Source of the DNA: Takakia lepidozioides
Taxonomy: Eukaryota; Plantae; Bryophyta
Assembly: GCA_030704615.1 (NCBI GenBank)
Contig: CM060733.1
Span: 73,780,001 to 73,844,000 of the forward strand
Direction: 5' to 3'
DNA length: 64,000 nucleotides
In this document: piece by piece, positions 62,708 to 64,000 of the stretch
Layout: the number at the start of each line of letters is the position of its first letter
Numbering within the stretch: position 1 is the first letter of the stretch
Notes under the pieces: generated by a model
Databases searched by the model: none
What the model was told of the DNA's origin: nothing
The model's input: only the letters and a program-made list of their open reading frames with translations
Program-made: the position numbers and the translations under genes

Positions 62708-63355
62708 TGTCACGGCCCTTTGCCTTGAGGGCGGGGGGTCGGGACACAAGAGGGGCTGCCCCTATGGTGGGGGCAGTGGCAGCAAATAGGAAAGGGGGCT
62801 GAAGCACCCTTGAGTGCCGAAGGCACTCAAGGAGGCGAAGGCACTCATTAGGTGGAGCCCCGCAATCGGGTGGCGGTGGTGGGGGCTCCACGAGGGGTGG
62901 TGGTAGCGTAGGGAGTCGTAGTGGGGGTGGCATAGGACTCACCATGGGGCTGAGGCCTTGAGGTGGGAGTCGTGGGGAGTCTTGGGACTCACCACGGTCC
63001 ATTGGGGCCGTGGTGGATAGGCCAAGACTCACCGCGGCTCACCACTGGGATGATCGAGGGTCTAAGTGGTGGTGCACCAGATTTGGACTGTGCTACTTGT
63101 GGAATCCCCGTGGACACCTACAGAAGTATATATAGGGAGTAGTAACCCCGAGAATGGTGCAAGCCCGTTGGTGACAAAAAACTAGTGAGTAAGCGTGCGA
63201 GCCGGAAAGTGACCAAGGTGTGGGGAGCTGTTCCGGACTGCCATCTACCAAAGGGAATTTCCACTGAGCCCGACAGCTCGAGGGTCGAGTGGGAGTGTGA
63301 GGGGGACCGTTATGCCCCGGTGAGCAGCCGAAGCTTCGAGTTGTGGTGCGCGACA
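62708..63355 (+). mobile_element. 5' LTR of a Ty3/gypsy retrotransposon
   Basis: TGTCAC...GCGACA termini, TATATATAG near 63127, immediately followed by a PBS and gag. The left boundary is inferred because the 3' LTR is outside the window. Confidence 0.7.
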
Positions 63356-63357
63356 CT

Positions 63358-63369
63358 TGGTATCAGAGC
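63358..63369 (+). promoter_or_regulatory. Primer-binding site complementary to initiator tRNA-Met
   Basis: TGGTATCAGAGC, 2 nt after the LTR's terminal CA. Confidence 0.88.
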
Positions 63370-63410
63370 TTAGAGTTCAGTACGCGATCGTCCTTGAGAT
63401 CGGCCTCACC

Positions 63411-64000
63411 ATGGGGTCGGGCAAGACAAAGCGAAAGCGGAACGACCCGAAAGACGATGATCCTGGTGAGCCCGATGGGAACGACGTGTCACCAAAGCGG
63501 CAAATGGAAGAGGCAATTTATACTTCTGAAAGCGAGGCCGCTCCAGAACAGGAGGAATTTGGGGAGTCAGAGCCGGAGGACTTCCCAGAGCCTCCGCTAG
63601 ACCAACAGATGTCTCCCATGCCAACAGCCTTTTGGGAAGGGTTGTTGGCGTAGTTTGGCGGGACGTTGAAAGACGTGATGAGGGCGGCTAATGCCACTTC
63701 CACTAAGGTGAAGTTTAAGGTGAAGCCTAAGGAACCCGGCACCTTCGAGGGCGTCCGAAATTGGAAGGCACTCAACACCTGGCTCTTGGAGCTGGAGCAG
63801 TACTTCCGGGCGGCCAAGTTGAGTGACGAGGATCGGGTGGAAGTGGCTCCCACCTATTTGAGGGGCTATGCTCAACAATGGTGGCAGTTCTAAGCGCCTT
63901 CATGACCAAGGACCAAACCCAGAAACCTTGAGCTGGAGTGGATTCAAGGAACTTATGAAAAGACAGTTTGTGCCCCTCAACACGTCCTGGCTCGCCCGGG
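63411..64000 (+). pseudogene. gag: Ty3/gypsy gag with in-frame stops (63651, 63891)
   Basis: KPKEPGTFEG...WLLELEQYF...LSDEDRVEVAPTYLRGYAQQWW...WSGFKELMKRQFVP is typical retrotransposon Gag. Confidence 0.85.

Overview
Eukaryotic, intron-containing, repeat-only region (probably a land plant, inferred from GT-AG introns and a Ty3/gypsy element with a tRNA-Met PBS). No ordinary host gene was recognised. A ~115-bp hairpin-containing satellite (1-3543, 18860-~23900) is interrupted by a complete 15.3-kb DNA transposon (3544-18859) with short imperfect TIRs, CATGAGC subterminal repeats and an 8-bp TSD (CCCTAAAT). This element carries four components: (i) a Mutator-like DDE transposase with a GCM-like N-terminal Zn domain and a C-terminal SWIM; (ii) a divergently oriented multi-exon gene fusing a ParB/Srx-like domain (DGNHR) to a beta-class amino-DNA-methyltransferase-like domain; (iii) two dense arrays of a 22-bp palindrome, GGAAATGCGG-NN-CCGCATTTCC, flanking that gene; (iv) a head-to-head pair of paralogous ~190-aa genes of unknown function. 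Three more partial copies follow (26026-35602 with a 2.86-kb inverted duplication, 37738-46697, 48820-58440), along with a related second transposase family (25246-37737), a 500-N gap, and the 5' end of a Ty3/gypsy LTR retrotransposon. The ParB-like/MTase gene plus parS-like palindrome arrays inside a eukaryotic DNA transposon is the candidate undescribed system. All domain calls are by-eye motif recognition, not database searches.
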